Below are positions 1-11,870 of a DNA stretch of 64,000 nucleotides, piece after piece. The notes beneath the pieces were generated by a model, which worked only from the letters and a program-made list of their open reading frames with translations, had not been told where the DNA came from and did not search any database. The translations under genes and the position numbers were made by a program. Source of the stretch: Raja brachyura (lineage: Eukaryota); assembly GCA_963514005.1 (NCBI GenBank), contig OY740787.1, forward strand, positions 34,596,001 to 34,660,000, given 5' to 3'. How positions within the stretch are numbered: the first letter of the stretch is position 1; every line of letters begins with the position of its first letter.

Positions 1-59
1 AGGTCATTATTGCCATCACCATTGTCACGGTTATAGCTCCAGGCAGCAGGCTCAAAATA

Positions 60-380
60 AGTAAAATATATTGTTATTCTCATACCAAATCAGTACCTCC
101 AACTACCACCTTATCAAAGGAGTAAATATCAACTACAAATTGTCCTGGTCGAACCACATTGAAACCAGGGCCAAGAATGCCTTTACTTGTTAGAAGGCTT
201 GAGAAATTTGGCAAGTCTTCAAAGATACTTAACAATTTCTGCAGCTGCACCATAGAAAGCGTCATATCTGGAAACATCACAGCTTGGTATGGCAACTCCT
301 CTGCTCAAGACAGCAATAAATTTCACATTTGTAATGCAGCCCAGTCCATCATGCAAACCAACCTCCACTCCTCCATTACC
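60..380 (+). mobile_element. Rex1/Babar LINE fragment (RT C-terminal region), 5' part
   Basis: ORF 159-488 reads ILNNFCSCTIESVISGNITAWYGNS, typical of the Rex1 C-terminus; interrupted at ~380 and resumes at 4096. Confidence 0.7.
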
Positions 381-3300
381 TTTTTTTTTTTTAAATTTCA
401 AAATAGACTTTATTCAAATGATAAATATATACAATACATGAACCTTGCGGAAAATCCATCCAACATTTTCGGAGGCTATACAAATTGATCAATACAATTT
501 AGACATTTCTTTTCCCCAAATTTCACAAATCAGTCCACCACTCATGCCACTCATGTGGCCCACTGGCGTGGGATACCTTCCCTTATTTTGAGGGCATCTC
601 CACCAGACCGTGCTCCCCATGTCCAGCAGCGGAAGGACCTTAGACTGTGGCCCTCCCTCCCGAGCCTTGGCGTTGGCTGCTTCGAGCTTCAGTGCGTCCC
701 TCAGCACGTACTCCTGCAGTCCGCAGTGGGCCAGTCGGCAACATTCCCCGACATCTCGCTCTGCTGGGTGGTGAACAATGCTCGGGCAGACCAAAGGGCG
801 TCTTTCACCGAGTTGATGACCCTCCAGTAGCACTCAATGTCAGTCTGTGAATGTGTCCCTGGGAACAGTCTGTAAATCACAGAGTCCTCTGTGACGGAGC
901 TGTTCCGGATAAAGCGTACCAGGGACCCTTGCATTTTTCTCCAGACTCTTTTAGCAATTCCACACTCTGCAAAGAGGTGGGCAACTGTCTCCTCTCCATA
1001 GTAGCCGTCCCGAGGGCAGCGTGCGCTGGCAGTGAGGTTCCGATGGTGCAGGAAGGATCTGACTGGGAGAGCTCCTCTCACCGCCAGCCAAGCCAGGTCT
1101 TGGTGTTTGTTGGTGAGTTCTGGCGATGAGGCATTTTGCCAGACAAGCTGGGCAGTCTGCTCAGGGAACCACACCACCGGGTCCATCGAGTCCTTTCTCT
1201 GCAGTACCTGCAGGACATTCTGTGCTGACCACCGCCCAAAGGACATGTGGTCAAAGGTGTTGGTCCGGAAGAACCTTTCCACAGACGACAGATGGGGCGG
1301 CAGTGTTCAGCTGACTGGCACCTTGCGTGGCATCTGCGCCAGGCCCATCCTTCACAACACCGGGGACAGGTAGAACCTCAGCAGGTAGTGACACTTGGTG
1401 CTCACGTGCCTTGGCTCTACACTCCGCCTGATGCAGCCATACACGAAGGTGGCCATCAGGATGAGAGCGACATTGGGCACGCTTTTACCCCCATTGTCCA
1501 CTGACTTGTGCATTGTGGCCCATCACACCTCATCCATCCTTGACCCCCAGATGAACTGAAAGACAGCCCGGGTGATCCCTGTGGCGTAGGAGGGAGGGAC
1601 AAGCCACACCTGTGCCAAGTACAGCAGGCCCGAGAGCACCTCGCACCCGATGACCAAACTCTTTCCCGTTATGGAGTGGGAGCGTTGCCTCTACAGCTCC
1701 AGCTTCCTTCCCACCCTGGCTATCCGCTCCAGCCAATTCTTATTACATGCCTCAGCCCCCCCGCACCAGATCCCCAGCATCTTCAAGAAGTCAGGCTTGA
1801 TGGCGAAGGGGACGGAAGATTTGTCGGGCCAGTTGCCAAAGAGCATGGCCTCGCTCTTCCTGCGGTTCACCCTGGCTCCCGTGGCCGACTCAAACTGGTC
1901 GTAGATACTAATCAGTCTGCGGACCGACCCTGGATCCGAGCTGAAGACAGTGACATTGTCCATGTACAGGGAGGTTTTTACCCGAATGCCCCCATTGCCT
2001 GGCAATGTCACTCCTCTTATGCTCGCATCCTTCCTGATGGATTCGGCAAAGGGTTCAATACAGCAGACAAACAAGACAGGAGAGAGAGGGCAACCCTGCC
2101 TGACCAGACCTTACAGAGAAACTGTCTGATTGATTTGGACTGCACTACGGATGTTGGTGTAGAGCAGTTTGAATCAATTCCTGATACCCTCCCCAAAACC
2201 CATTTTGGAGAGCATGTCCCTCATGTACATGTGCAAAATCCTGTCGAAGGCCTTCTCCTGGTCCAAGCTGACTAGGCAGGCATCCACCCGTCTGTCCTGC
2301 ACGTAGGCGATGGTATCTCTCAGCAGCACTAGGCTGTCTGAGATTTTCCTGCCAGGTACAGCACAGGTTTGGTCCGGGTGGATCACCTGTCCCAGAGCAG
2401 ACTTGTCCCGGTTGGCGATGGCCTTAGACAGGATCTTGTAGTCTACATTCAAGAGTGTTATGGGTCTCCAATTCTTTATGTCCTTCATCTCCCCCTTCTG
2501 CTTGTAGATTAGGGAGATGTTGCCCTTCCTCATGGCGTCTGACATGCTACCAGCTAGAAGCATGTTGTTGTACACTTCTAGCAGGTCCGGGCCCATGAAG
2601 TTCCACAGAGCCGAATACAACTCGGCTGGTAAGCCATCGCTTCTGGGAGTTTTACTCGAGTCAAAGGATCGATGGAGCAGGTGAGCTCCTCTAGGGTCAG
2701 TGGTTGGTCCAGACTCTCCCGCTTGCTGTCCTCCACAACCTCCGTGAGCAAGGACAGGAAGTTCTGGGAGGAGGTACTGTTTGTGGCCTTTTGGTCATAC
2801 AAATCTGTGTAAAAGGATTTGCAGATCCTCAGCATGTCTGTCTGTGAGGATGCTACCGAGCCGTCCTCCTCCCTAAGGCTGTTCATCACTGAGCTCCCCC
2901 TGTGAACCTTATGGAAGAAGAAACGTGAGCACATCTCATCCTGCTCCGCATGGCGAACCCTGGATCGGAAGATGATCTTGGAGGATTCAGAGGTAAAGAG
3001 CCGAGCTTGCCGGTCCTTCACCTCTCTAAGTTCCTCCCTCACATCCACCCCTCTCGACTGCAGAAGGAGCAGTTGTTGCAAATCTGTCTGGAGTTGGCAC
3101 AATTCCCTCTGTCTTGCTCTCTGAACCCCTTTAATTATGAAGAACCTCTTAATGTTCTCCTTGGTTGCTTCCCACCAGAGTGTGGGGGAGTCAAAGAGGG
3201 GCCTCACCGTTCTCCAACATGCGTAGTCCCTCTTTAGCTCCTCAATGTTCTCTGGGGTCAACAGCTTCATGTTTAACTTCCACGTCTCTCTGCCTGCCTT

Positions 3301-3736
3301 CCGGTCTTCCTGTAGGTGACAGGAAGCCTGAAGGAGGCAGTGGTTGGAGAAGAACACTGGCGTGAGGTCAGTGTGTCTCACCGTGACGGCCTTCGTCGTG
3401 AAGACAAAGTCTATCCGAGATCGGGCAAAACCGTCCGATCTCGACCAGGTGAACTGCGGCTGGGACCCACCTGCAGGGTCGCTGAAGGCATCGCGCAGCT
3501 TTGCGTCTTTTATCATCTCCATCAGAAACTTGGACGTGCTGTCCAGTCTGCTGTCGGCACTGCCGGATCGTCCAGCCGCATCAATGATGCAGTTGAAGTC
3601 ACCGGCCAGAACGAGCTGCCGGGATGTGGCCAGCAGCACTGGGAGCTGCTGGAGAACGGCCAGCCGCTTGCTCTGCGTGGGTGAGGCATACACATTAATC
3701 AGCCGGAGTGGAGAGCCACGGTACATAGCATCCACC
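381..3736 (-). mobile_element. Tx1-clade L1 LINE, 5'-truncated and frameshifted ORF2 (APE endonuclease, RT, zinc knuckle)
   Basis: Minus ORFs 2578-3738 (LINVYA, LAGDFNC, SRIDFVF), 2174-2620 (KNWRPITLLNVDYKIL, LDQEKAFDR), 1691-2074 (LYMDNV) and 701-1282 (CPR..EETVAHLFAEC); poly-T at 381-392 is the poly-A tail. Confidence 0.9.
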
Positions 3737-4095
3737 ATTAACCAACCTGATCTCCCGGTGGCTCAGCACTTCAACTCCCCCTCCTATTCCATATCCAACC
3801 TTTCTGTCCTGAGCCTCCTCCATGGCCAGAGTGAGTCCCACCACAAATTGGAGGAGCAGCACCTCATATTTTGCTTGGGTAGTTTACACCCCAGCGGTAT
3901 GAACATTGACTTCTCCAATTTCAGGTAGTCCTTGCTTTCTCCCTCCTTCCCAGCTCTCCCACAGCCCACTGTTTCCGCCTCTTCCTTTCTTCTTCCCCCC
4001 CTCCCCCACGCCCACATCAGTCTGAAGAAGGGTCTCAACTATTCCTTCGCTCCATAGATGCTGCCTCACCCGTTTCTCCAACATTTATTTCTACC
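3737..4095 (+). mobile_element. Penelope-like element 3' end (GIY-YIG C-terminus plus pseudo-LTR)
   Basis: PVAQHFNSPSYS...KLEEQHLIFCLGSLHPSGMNIDFSNFR* followed by the pLTR seen throughout the window; same sequence as the 10.7-kb copy. Confidence 0.85.
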
Positions 4096-4480
4096 CCTCC
4101 ATAAATGGCATTTGCACTTCACGCTGCCTTGGAAAAGCAACCAATAGTATCAAGAACTACTAACATCTCGTATATTCTCTCTCCTCCCCTCTCTCATAGG
4201 CAGAAAACACAAAAGCTCGAAAGCACGTGACAACAGATTCAATAACAGCTTCATTTCTGATGTTACACACTCTTGAACAGGCGCTAAGATTGAATTCCTG
4301 ATCTTGAAATCTATCTAGATGCGGCCCTCTGCACTTTATTTGCAGCTATAACAGTATATTTTTCACTCCATTTATTTTATTTTTTTGCACTACCTGATAT
4401 GCTCATGCATGGTACGATTTCCCTGGATACCAAGCAAAATATTTTTACTGTATCTCAATACACGTGGCAATAATAATAAA
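4096..4480 (+). mobile_element. Rex1/Babar LINE fragment, 3' continuation of 60-380
   Basis: Degraded SRCLGKA..IK..GRKHKS..RFNNSF C-terminus plus 3' tail; cctccat is repeated at 370 and 4096 around the inserted block. Confidence 0.6.
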
Positions 4481-5594
4481 CCAAACCAAAGATAATTAGA
4501 GATGCACACTAAATGCAAGCCATGCTAACAATGCCCATATGTTGAAAAAAATACTTAAATAAATGAATAATAATCTGTAGAAGCCCTAAATTTTCATAGA
4601 ATTACGTTAGCAGCCAGAACAAATTAATCAGGATGAAGCTGTAAGTTGCTGATGATCTCTTTAAATTGTGCTGGAGGACTCCTTCTTGCAGCTTAACCAT
4701 GCAACAATAAAAAAGAGCATTAGCTGGAAAGTGTCATAATTCGATGGTAGACTTGTTGAGATCGTGATCTACTATTCAGGTGAATTTTCAATGCATGCTA
4801 ATGCCCATAGCACTATACTATCATCTGCAATTTGCCCGATGGATCTGTGATTGTGCAGTGGAGACCATTGGAAGTGCATTTGTTGTAATAAATAACAGGC
4901 CGCTGAATCACATTTGCAGTAATTTTTTTTCATATGTAACGAATCATACTGGTTATTTCAATTGCAAGGAAAGAAAATTCTGGGGTTATGAAAGGAAAAT
5001 AAGTGCAAATTTAAAAATAGTGTATTAATTGCAAAATATGTATTTTATCTTCTATAGAATAGTTAATCTAAAGCTTTATTAATGGGCAGTTTCCACATAC
5101 GAAAATCTAAATACTATTAATTATTTGCACAAGCAATTCAATATACTTTGAAATGGATTTAAAAGGATAAAATTCAGTTTACTTAAACTGGCATGTTATT
5201 GCAAATTTTATGACAACCCGATAAGCAATTTTGCAATATAGTCTAAGTACTGTGATTTATGCACACTGATTTATATTGCTGACACACAGTGGTCAGCTGT
5301 ATATGGGATTGCCATAGCTTTTGTGAGTATTACTGTGCACTGAAAACTTGCTTGAAGTAATGTTCATGTTCTTAGTCAATGTGTGAATCTTAGCTCTAAA
5401 CTACAACTAATAATCTCTCTTAACGTTGCATAATTAAGCAGCAGGAAGGAGCTCAACTGGTACCATTGAGTGAGATCATCATCTACTCTATAAAGTAACA
5501 CAATAAATCTAGTCAGATAGGCTTTCATGGGTGCAAGGCTTGTAAAGGAATCAGTCACATACAAGCCTGCTATAAAAACGAAGAAACTGGATCA

Positions 5595-5875
5595 AGAGCC
5601 TGTACCACTTGCGCAATTTTTTTCGGCGACTTGCCGGCATCCTTCATAGTCGCAGCAGGTTGCTGAACATGTTGAAAATCCAGCGGCGACAAGAAAAAGG
5701 TACGACCCTTTGGGCGACTACTCACCTGCAAACAGGTGTCACCCCACGACAAAGAGTCATACCTTTTTCTGGTCACCACTGAATTTTCAACATGTTGAAC
5801 ATTTTCTGCAACGTGCTGCGACTATGACGGGTGCCGGCAAGTCGCTGAAAAAATCACGTAAGTGGGACAGGCCCT
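5595..5875. mobile_element. PIF/Harbinger MITE (palindromic, 281 bp)
   Basis: Termini agagcctgtaccactt / aagtgggacaggccct; arms are inverted over nearly the whole length; flanks tca/taa fit a mutated TWA TSD. Confidence 0.85.
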
Positions 5876-5878
5876 TAA

Positions 5879-6071
5879 GACACAGAGTGCTAGAGAAGCT
5901 CAGCAGATTAGATAGCATCTTAGGAGAACGTGGATATGTGGTGTTCCCTTCTTGTGACTGATCAAGACCCGAAACGTCACCCATGATGTTCTCCTGAGAT
6001 GCTGCCATGATTTGCTGAGTTACACCAGCACTCTGTCTTCTTTTGTAAACCAGCATCTGTAGTTCCTTATT
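5879..6071. mobile_element. Penelope-derived inverted pseudo-LTR pair
   Basis: Minus pLTR copy followed by a plus copy (gacccgaaacgtcacc...gatgctgcc...ctgagttacaccagca). Confidence 0.65.
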
Positions 6072-6377
6072 TTGAAAGAATTGGGGAGATTAGTAACAAA
6101 AAAGTTTACCATTTGGCAAAGATATCAAATCATGAGAATCAAAGCATTTGATCTAGAATACAAATTAAAAATCTATTTAACAAATAGACTTCCTAGTGAT
6201 CCAGCTCCAGATGTTGACAGTATGGGATATTTGGCTAGAAAAGCATGTGGACCTCTCTTTATATTTGCTGATCAGAGAATGTTTGAAAATACATCATCAG
6301 TTTAATTATTGTGAAAGTAATCCATGTTAAAGTAGATTCTTACGCATTTTCAAATAAATGCACAACAAACAAATGCT

Positions 6378-6777
6378 ACTAGTTCCTCTGTTCGCATTCC
6401 TGTATCCCTTCGTTACAACCTATCAGTATGATTTCTCTAATTGCAAGTAACCCTTGCATTTCCTATCTCTCCCCTTAGCCCTAATCATCCTCCTAGTTCC
6501 ACTGTCCTCATCTCTGTATCCCTTTGTGGTCACATCTTCCCCAGCCAACAATGACCATTATGGCTCCACTTTTCCTTGATCATCTGTTGTTGGCCCTGAT
6601 TTGTTTTTGCCTTTTTCCTACCTCCAGTTCCCTCCCCTCTACTTCAGTCTGAAAACGGGTTCTGGCTCGAAATGTCATCCATCGTTTTTCTCCAGAGAAG
6701 CTGCCTGACCCGCTGAGTTACTCCAGTACTTAGTGTTTATCTTCGGTATAAACCAACATCTGCAATTCCTTCATACA
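6378..6777 (+). mobile_element. Penelope-like 3' UTR/pseudo-LTR fragment
   Basis: CT-rich UTR, then gtctgaaaacgggttctggctcgaaatgtca...gctgcctgacccgctgagttactccag; acaaatgct repeated on both flanks. Confidence 0.65.
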
Positions 6778-7149
6778 CAAATGCTGATAGTTTGATTTAA
6801 TATTTTAAGACTTCTGCACATCTTCACCTCCACGTCAATGAGGCATTGATTCAAGAGTTATCACATTGTTCCTCCACAGTGCCATCCAGCAATGAAAAAT
6901 GTCATTTTAAATGATCTTGCAATCATGAAGATGCACAAAGTTCCTAATCCAATGGTTCCTATTAGAACATGCAAATTAATGATCCTGGAGACTATTTACA
7001 AATATTAAATAATTCCTTGTTTGAACTAACTTGTATGACCTTACATTGTGCTTTAAATTATCACATCACTTGAGAAAAACACGTCAGCACATAACTCTTT
7101 CTATTTCTTGTGGCTATTAGATTTATTTTCCTCTTCTTCTGTATCGGAT

Positions 7150-7310
7150 CCATTTCCTCAAATTCTCTTTCCATAGTTTTCTGCCAAATGAAGAGTATTT
7201 GGCCTTTCTTTTCTTTGGCCATCTGGAACCCATAACAAGGCTTGTTTTAGGATCTGTGTCTCCTGCATACTGCATATATGGCCTAACCACAACAACCATA
7301 TTTTCCCTAT
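7150..7310 (-). mobile_element. RTE-clade LINE C-terminal remnant
   Basis: WLGHICSMQETQILKQALLWVPDGQRKERP matches the RTE WLGH..RM...KQAL.W.P.G.R.RGRP motif. Confidence 0.6.
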
Positions 7311-8403
7311 TAATCCACTTACTGGTGGAAACAATGTCCCTTCTACCTCCAAAACCTTTCTCTGTGTCTGTAATCAAGAGCATTAAATTCTACTTCAAGT
7401 GTTACTGACAACTTCATGGCATTCATGCAACCTATAAGTGTTGACAGCACAGTGGTTGTGCACATATGGACCTTTATTTGCTGACTTCACGATAGATACT
7501 TTTAAACCATGTTATGATTATTAAAAACGTATGTGGCCTTTGCTGTGCACATTAATGCTATATATGTTGTCAACTTCCACCAAAAAAAATGTTTCAGAAA
7601 TGGTTAAATGAAGGAAATGTTCTCCACTTCAGTTTCAAGGACGATAATCATTCAATTAGTGGATCAAATCAAAACCATTTGTTTTTGTTTCGTTCCACTG
7701 ACCATGCAGAAAGTTTAGAGATCAACTATGAATGTCTGCAGGATGATCCTCTATGCATTTGTTATGTTGCTTTTTATTTGCTGCTGATGCATTGATAAAA
7801 TAGAGCATCCTAATAATGCATAGGTTCACTTTTAACAAGCCTTGCATTCAAACTTGAGATAATTGTAATGGGCATATTGAAATAAGGGTAAGATCCAGCT
7901 GGTAGCACAGATACCCAGGATTTAAGGAATTTAATGGACTCTCCTCATCCAGAGTTAGTGCAGTTGTTCTTTTCCAGAGCTTCACTGAGGGTATAAAATG
8001 AGGTGGTTACAGGGGATTGGATGCAAAAATGCCATTATCTAAATTGGGACTGTTCTCCTCAAACCTCAAAAATGTGAATGTTCAATTCAAGTGAATATGG
8101 CCACAATGTGTGCAACTTTAGTCTCTTCACCTATGAAACCCTGTATGTGCCATCAGAAATGCAGCAAACGTTCACCATAGAGATGGCAGGAGTGTTATAT
8201 GAGGATGGAAAGAAGGAGGAGAGGAAATCTTGTTGATATCTGCAAAATTCTGAAAGGGTTAGACAGATTGGATGTAGGCAAGATATGCAGGCTTTGAAAG
8301 GCATCAATATGTGTGGGGATAGAGTGGGGATATAATGGTGAGATAGAATAAGTCCATTATTGTATTGAAGAGCAGACCAAACTCAAAGGGCTGAATGGCA
8401 GAA

Positions 8404-9379
8404 TTGACAAAATATGAAAGAGAACACCTATCCAGTTTAACCTCAGCCAGAACTAAGCATGCTGGAATAACTCAGCAGATCAGGTAGCACTCATGGGGCA
8501 AGACACATTTCAAATCAATGACCTTTCTAACTAAGAAAATTTAGATTTTACACACATTTTATATTGCATAGGAAGAGGAGAGATGGAATTAAGCAAAGTG
8601 TCTACATCATTGATTGGTTTTTAACTTTCCACAGTTCTGATGAAAGGTCTCTGGCTTGAAACAGTAGCATTGTTTGTCTCTCCACAGATGCTGTCTGATC
8701 TACTGACTATTTTCTATGTGAATATTTTCTATGTGAATATATTAGCTGACCTGAAGTTGCATTGACGTGGTACTTTAACACAATATATTCCCAAAGTGGC
8801 ATTCTGTTGGAAACAAAAGGATGCCTGAGAGGTTGAGTAAAGAACCAGGGTTAGAGAGGCAGATTAGAAGGCGGAAAGGTTTGGAGAGAAACATTCAAAT
8901 CAACTGAGATCTGAATTATCACAGAAAATAAAGTTAAGGAGCATAACATCCACGAAGGGGAAGGACACATTGCTTCACAGAGCAGGAGTTTTAAAAATGT
9001 AATATAGATTTTATAAGTTGCAGCACCAAAGGAAATAGAATACATTTCCTGACAGAGGTGCTGTTTTGACAAAATATGAAAGAGAACACCTATCCAGTTT
9101 AACCTCAGCCAGAACTAAGCATGCTGGAATAACTCAGCAGATCAGGTAGCACTCATGGGGCAAGAAACATTTCAATTCGATGACCTTTCTAACTAAGAAA
9201 ATTTAGAATTTACACACATTTTATATTGCATAGGAAGAGGAGAGATGGAGAGATGAGGTAAAGTGTCTACCTCATTGATTGGTTTTTAACTTTCCACAGT
9301 TCTGAAGAAAGGTCTCTGGCTTGAAACAGTAGCACTGTTTGTCTCTCCACAGATGCTGTCTGACCTACTGACTATTTTC
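8404..9379 (+). repeat. ~310-bp direct repeat (8404-8714 and 9066-9379) containing an inverted pLTR pair
   Basis: Near-identical copies beginning ttgacaaaatatgaaagagaacacc and ending tactgactattttc, with 351 bp of unique sequence between them. Confidence 0.95.
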
Positions 9380-9409
9380 AGGATCTTCTGTTAAATATTG
9401 TAGATGTCA

Positions 9410-9459
9410 AGCATCTGCAGTTTTAAATCTTAAAGGAAAGATTTAAAACTGCAGATGCT
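9410..9459. repeat. Perfect 22-bp inverted repeat with 6-nt spacer
   Basis: agcatctgcagttttaaatctt-aaagga-aagatttaaaactgcagatgct. Confidence 0.95.
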
Positions 9460-10514
9460 CTTGCCAGGGTCAAATTCTTAAGTACAGTGGTGGAGTTACT
9501 CAAAGATAAAGTAATCAGCAGGAGGGAAGGCCTCTTCCTTTCAACCAAGGCCATTGAAAGGAGAAAGTCTTTGTCTGGTCTGCTGAACATTTAAAGCATT
9601 TTCTGCTTTCATTGAGGTACTTAGCTCTTGTTTGAGCAAGACAAATGCTTTCATTTCAAGGGGGTTCTTGGAAACCCGACCCAGCTGTGATGGATGTTAA
9701 TTTGACAACAATGAAAGAAATGCTTTAAATTGAAATAAAGTACCTAAACAACAGCAATGTTAGGCACAGATTTTATTTTAGAAAATAATTTAACACTTAG
9801 TTTGCAACAAGGTGGTTGAGGAGGCGGTAGTAGTGGAAATGGAAGTCCATACATTCAGGTTCCAAGTGTCGGTGGCGAACTGCCCAGATCTGTTATGCTA
9901 TAATTCAAAGCTCCCCGTACTTATGCAATGTAAAACTAGGCACGCGAGTTCTTCCATCTCCTTCACCAACCATCTAGTGATGAGAATTAGAGATAGAGAC
10001 TGTATTGTCCTGTGGTCCAGACGTACAAGGAATTGGATTGAGTCTGTCCAAATTAATTTCATCTGCTCAGCAGGCAGGGAGAGTATCATTCTATCAAGTC
10101 ATCTTACATATCTAGAATATAAACTACCCGAGCTGGCACCCAGTGAGTTGCAAGGCTAAACCAAAGCAGATGTGCAACGACAATTTGCACCACTAGGTTA
10201 TGGTGTGGCTGCAAGCAACTGGACAACTGAGAGAGCAGAAATAAAATGTGTGGAAAGATATACAAATATTCTATTGCACAGTGTCAGCCTGTGCCACAAT
10301 AGGGTGTCTCTTTGTCAACGATGCCACAGGTGGGGAACGTGATGTACCATTCAATAAGGAACATATAGTCTTTTCCAAATCTAGGTGTGTGCATTTGTGC
10401 TCTTATCCTGTTAGATAACTGAATCACGTGGCGTATTTCCTTCTGAAACAATGCTCCAATTTCTGTGATTCTTTATTGCATCAAGGGTTGCCGACAAAAC
10501 ATGTAAACATTATG

Positions 10515-11806
10515 TAGACAAACAAGCTAGAGAAACTCAGCGGGTGAGGCAGCATCAATGGAGCAAAGGTATAGGTGATGTTTCGGGTCGAGACCCTTCT
10601 TCAAACTGACGTTGGGGGCCGCGTGAAAAAGAATGGAAGAGGTGAGGATAGTATGCTGTGGGATATGTGGGAAGGGGAGGGGAAGGAGGGAGAAAGCAAG
10701 AACTACCTGAAATTGTTGAAGTCAATGTTCATACCGCTGGGATTTAAACTACCCAAGCAAAATATGAGGTGCTGTTCCTCCAATTTGTGGTGGGACTCAC
10801 TCTGACCATGGAGGAGGCCCAGGATAGAAAGGTCGGATTCAGAATGGGAGGGGGAGTTGAAACGCTGAGCCAACGGGAGGTCAGATTGGTTATTGCGAAC
10901 TGTTTGGAGGTGTTGGGCGAAGTGATCGCCAAGCCTGGGCTTGGTCTCACCGATGTAGAGCAGTTGACACCTGGAACAGCGGATGCAATAGATGAGGTTG
11001 GAGGAGGTGCAGGTGAACCTCTGCCTCACCTGGAAAGACTGCTTGGGTCCTTGAATGTAGACGAGGGGGGAGGTAAAGCGACAAGTGTAGCATTTGCTGC
11101 GGTTGCAAGGGAAAGTAGCAGGGGAGAGGGTGGTTTGGGTGGGAATGTACGAATTGACCAGGGAGTTACGGAGGGAATGGACTCTGCGGAAAGCAGAAAG
11201 GGGATGAGATAGGAAGATGTGGCCAGTGGTGGGATCCCGTTGGAGGTGGCGAAAATGTCCGAGGATTATATGTTGTATGTGACGGCTGGTAGGGTGGAAG
11301 GTGAGGACAAGGGGGAATCTGTCCTTATTACTAGTAGGGGGATGGGGAGTGAGAGCGGTGCTGCAGGGTATAGAGGAGACCCTGGTGAGAGCCTCATCTA
11401 TAGTTGAAGAGGGGAAACCCCGTTCCCTAAAAAATTAGGACATCTCCGATGCCCTGGTTTGGAACACCTCATCCTGGGTGCAGATGCGGCGTAGACAGAG
11501 GAATTGGGAGTAGGGGATAGAGTCCTTACAGAAAGCAGGGTGGGAATACCAGCGGTATGAACATTGACTTTTCCAATTTCAGGTGGTCCTTGCTTTCTCC
11601 CTCCTTCCCCTCCATTTCCCAACTATCCCACAGCCTACTGTCCGTGCCTCTTCCTTTCTTTTCACCCCCCCCCCCCCCCCCCCCGACTCGACCCGGAACG
11701 TCGCCTCTTCGTTCTGTCCATAGATGCTGCCTCACCCATTGAGTTTCTCCAGCTTTTTATGTCCACCTCTGATGTTTACAGCATCTGCAGTTCTTTCTTA
11801 AACATA
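10515..11806 (-). mobile_element. Penelope-like element (RT C-terminus plus GIY-YIG endonuclease) with inverted 3'-end copy at its 5' side
   Basis: ORF 10703-11029 FTCTSSNLIYCIRCSRCQLLYIGETK is a PLE GIY-YIG domain; orientation flips at ~11550, so 11550-11770 is an inverted copy of 10515-10740. Confidence 0.9.
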
Positions 11807-11870
11807 TAAATATTATGAATCTGAAGAACACTGGTCCTACACTGGTGCCCCACAAGGCTGCACCCTCAGT

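Noticed and set aside
1676-3928. Long plus-strand ORFs (199 aa, 194 aa) as genes
   Set aside because: Antisense shadows of the Tx1 ORF2; the 194-aa ORF is a chance fusion with the PLE C-terminus.
7123-7383. 86-aa basic ORF as a host exon
   Set aside because: The overlapping frame matches an RTE C-terminus; a 45-nt AG/GT segment near 7325-7370 has no other support.
9812-10430. Possible transposase remnant or exon
   Set aside because: Only vague similarity, with no TIR, TSD or recognisable catalytic motif.
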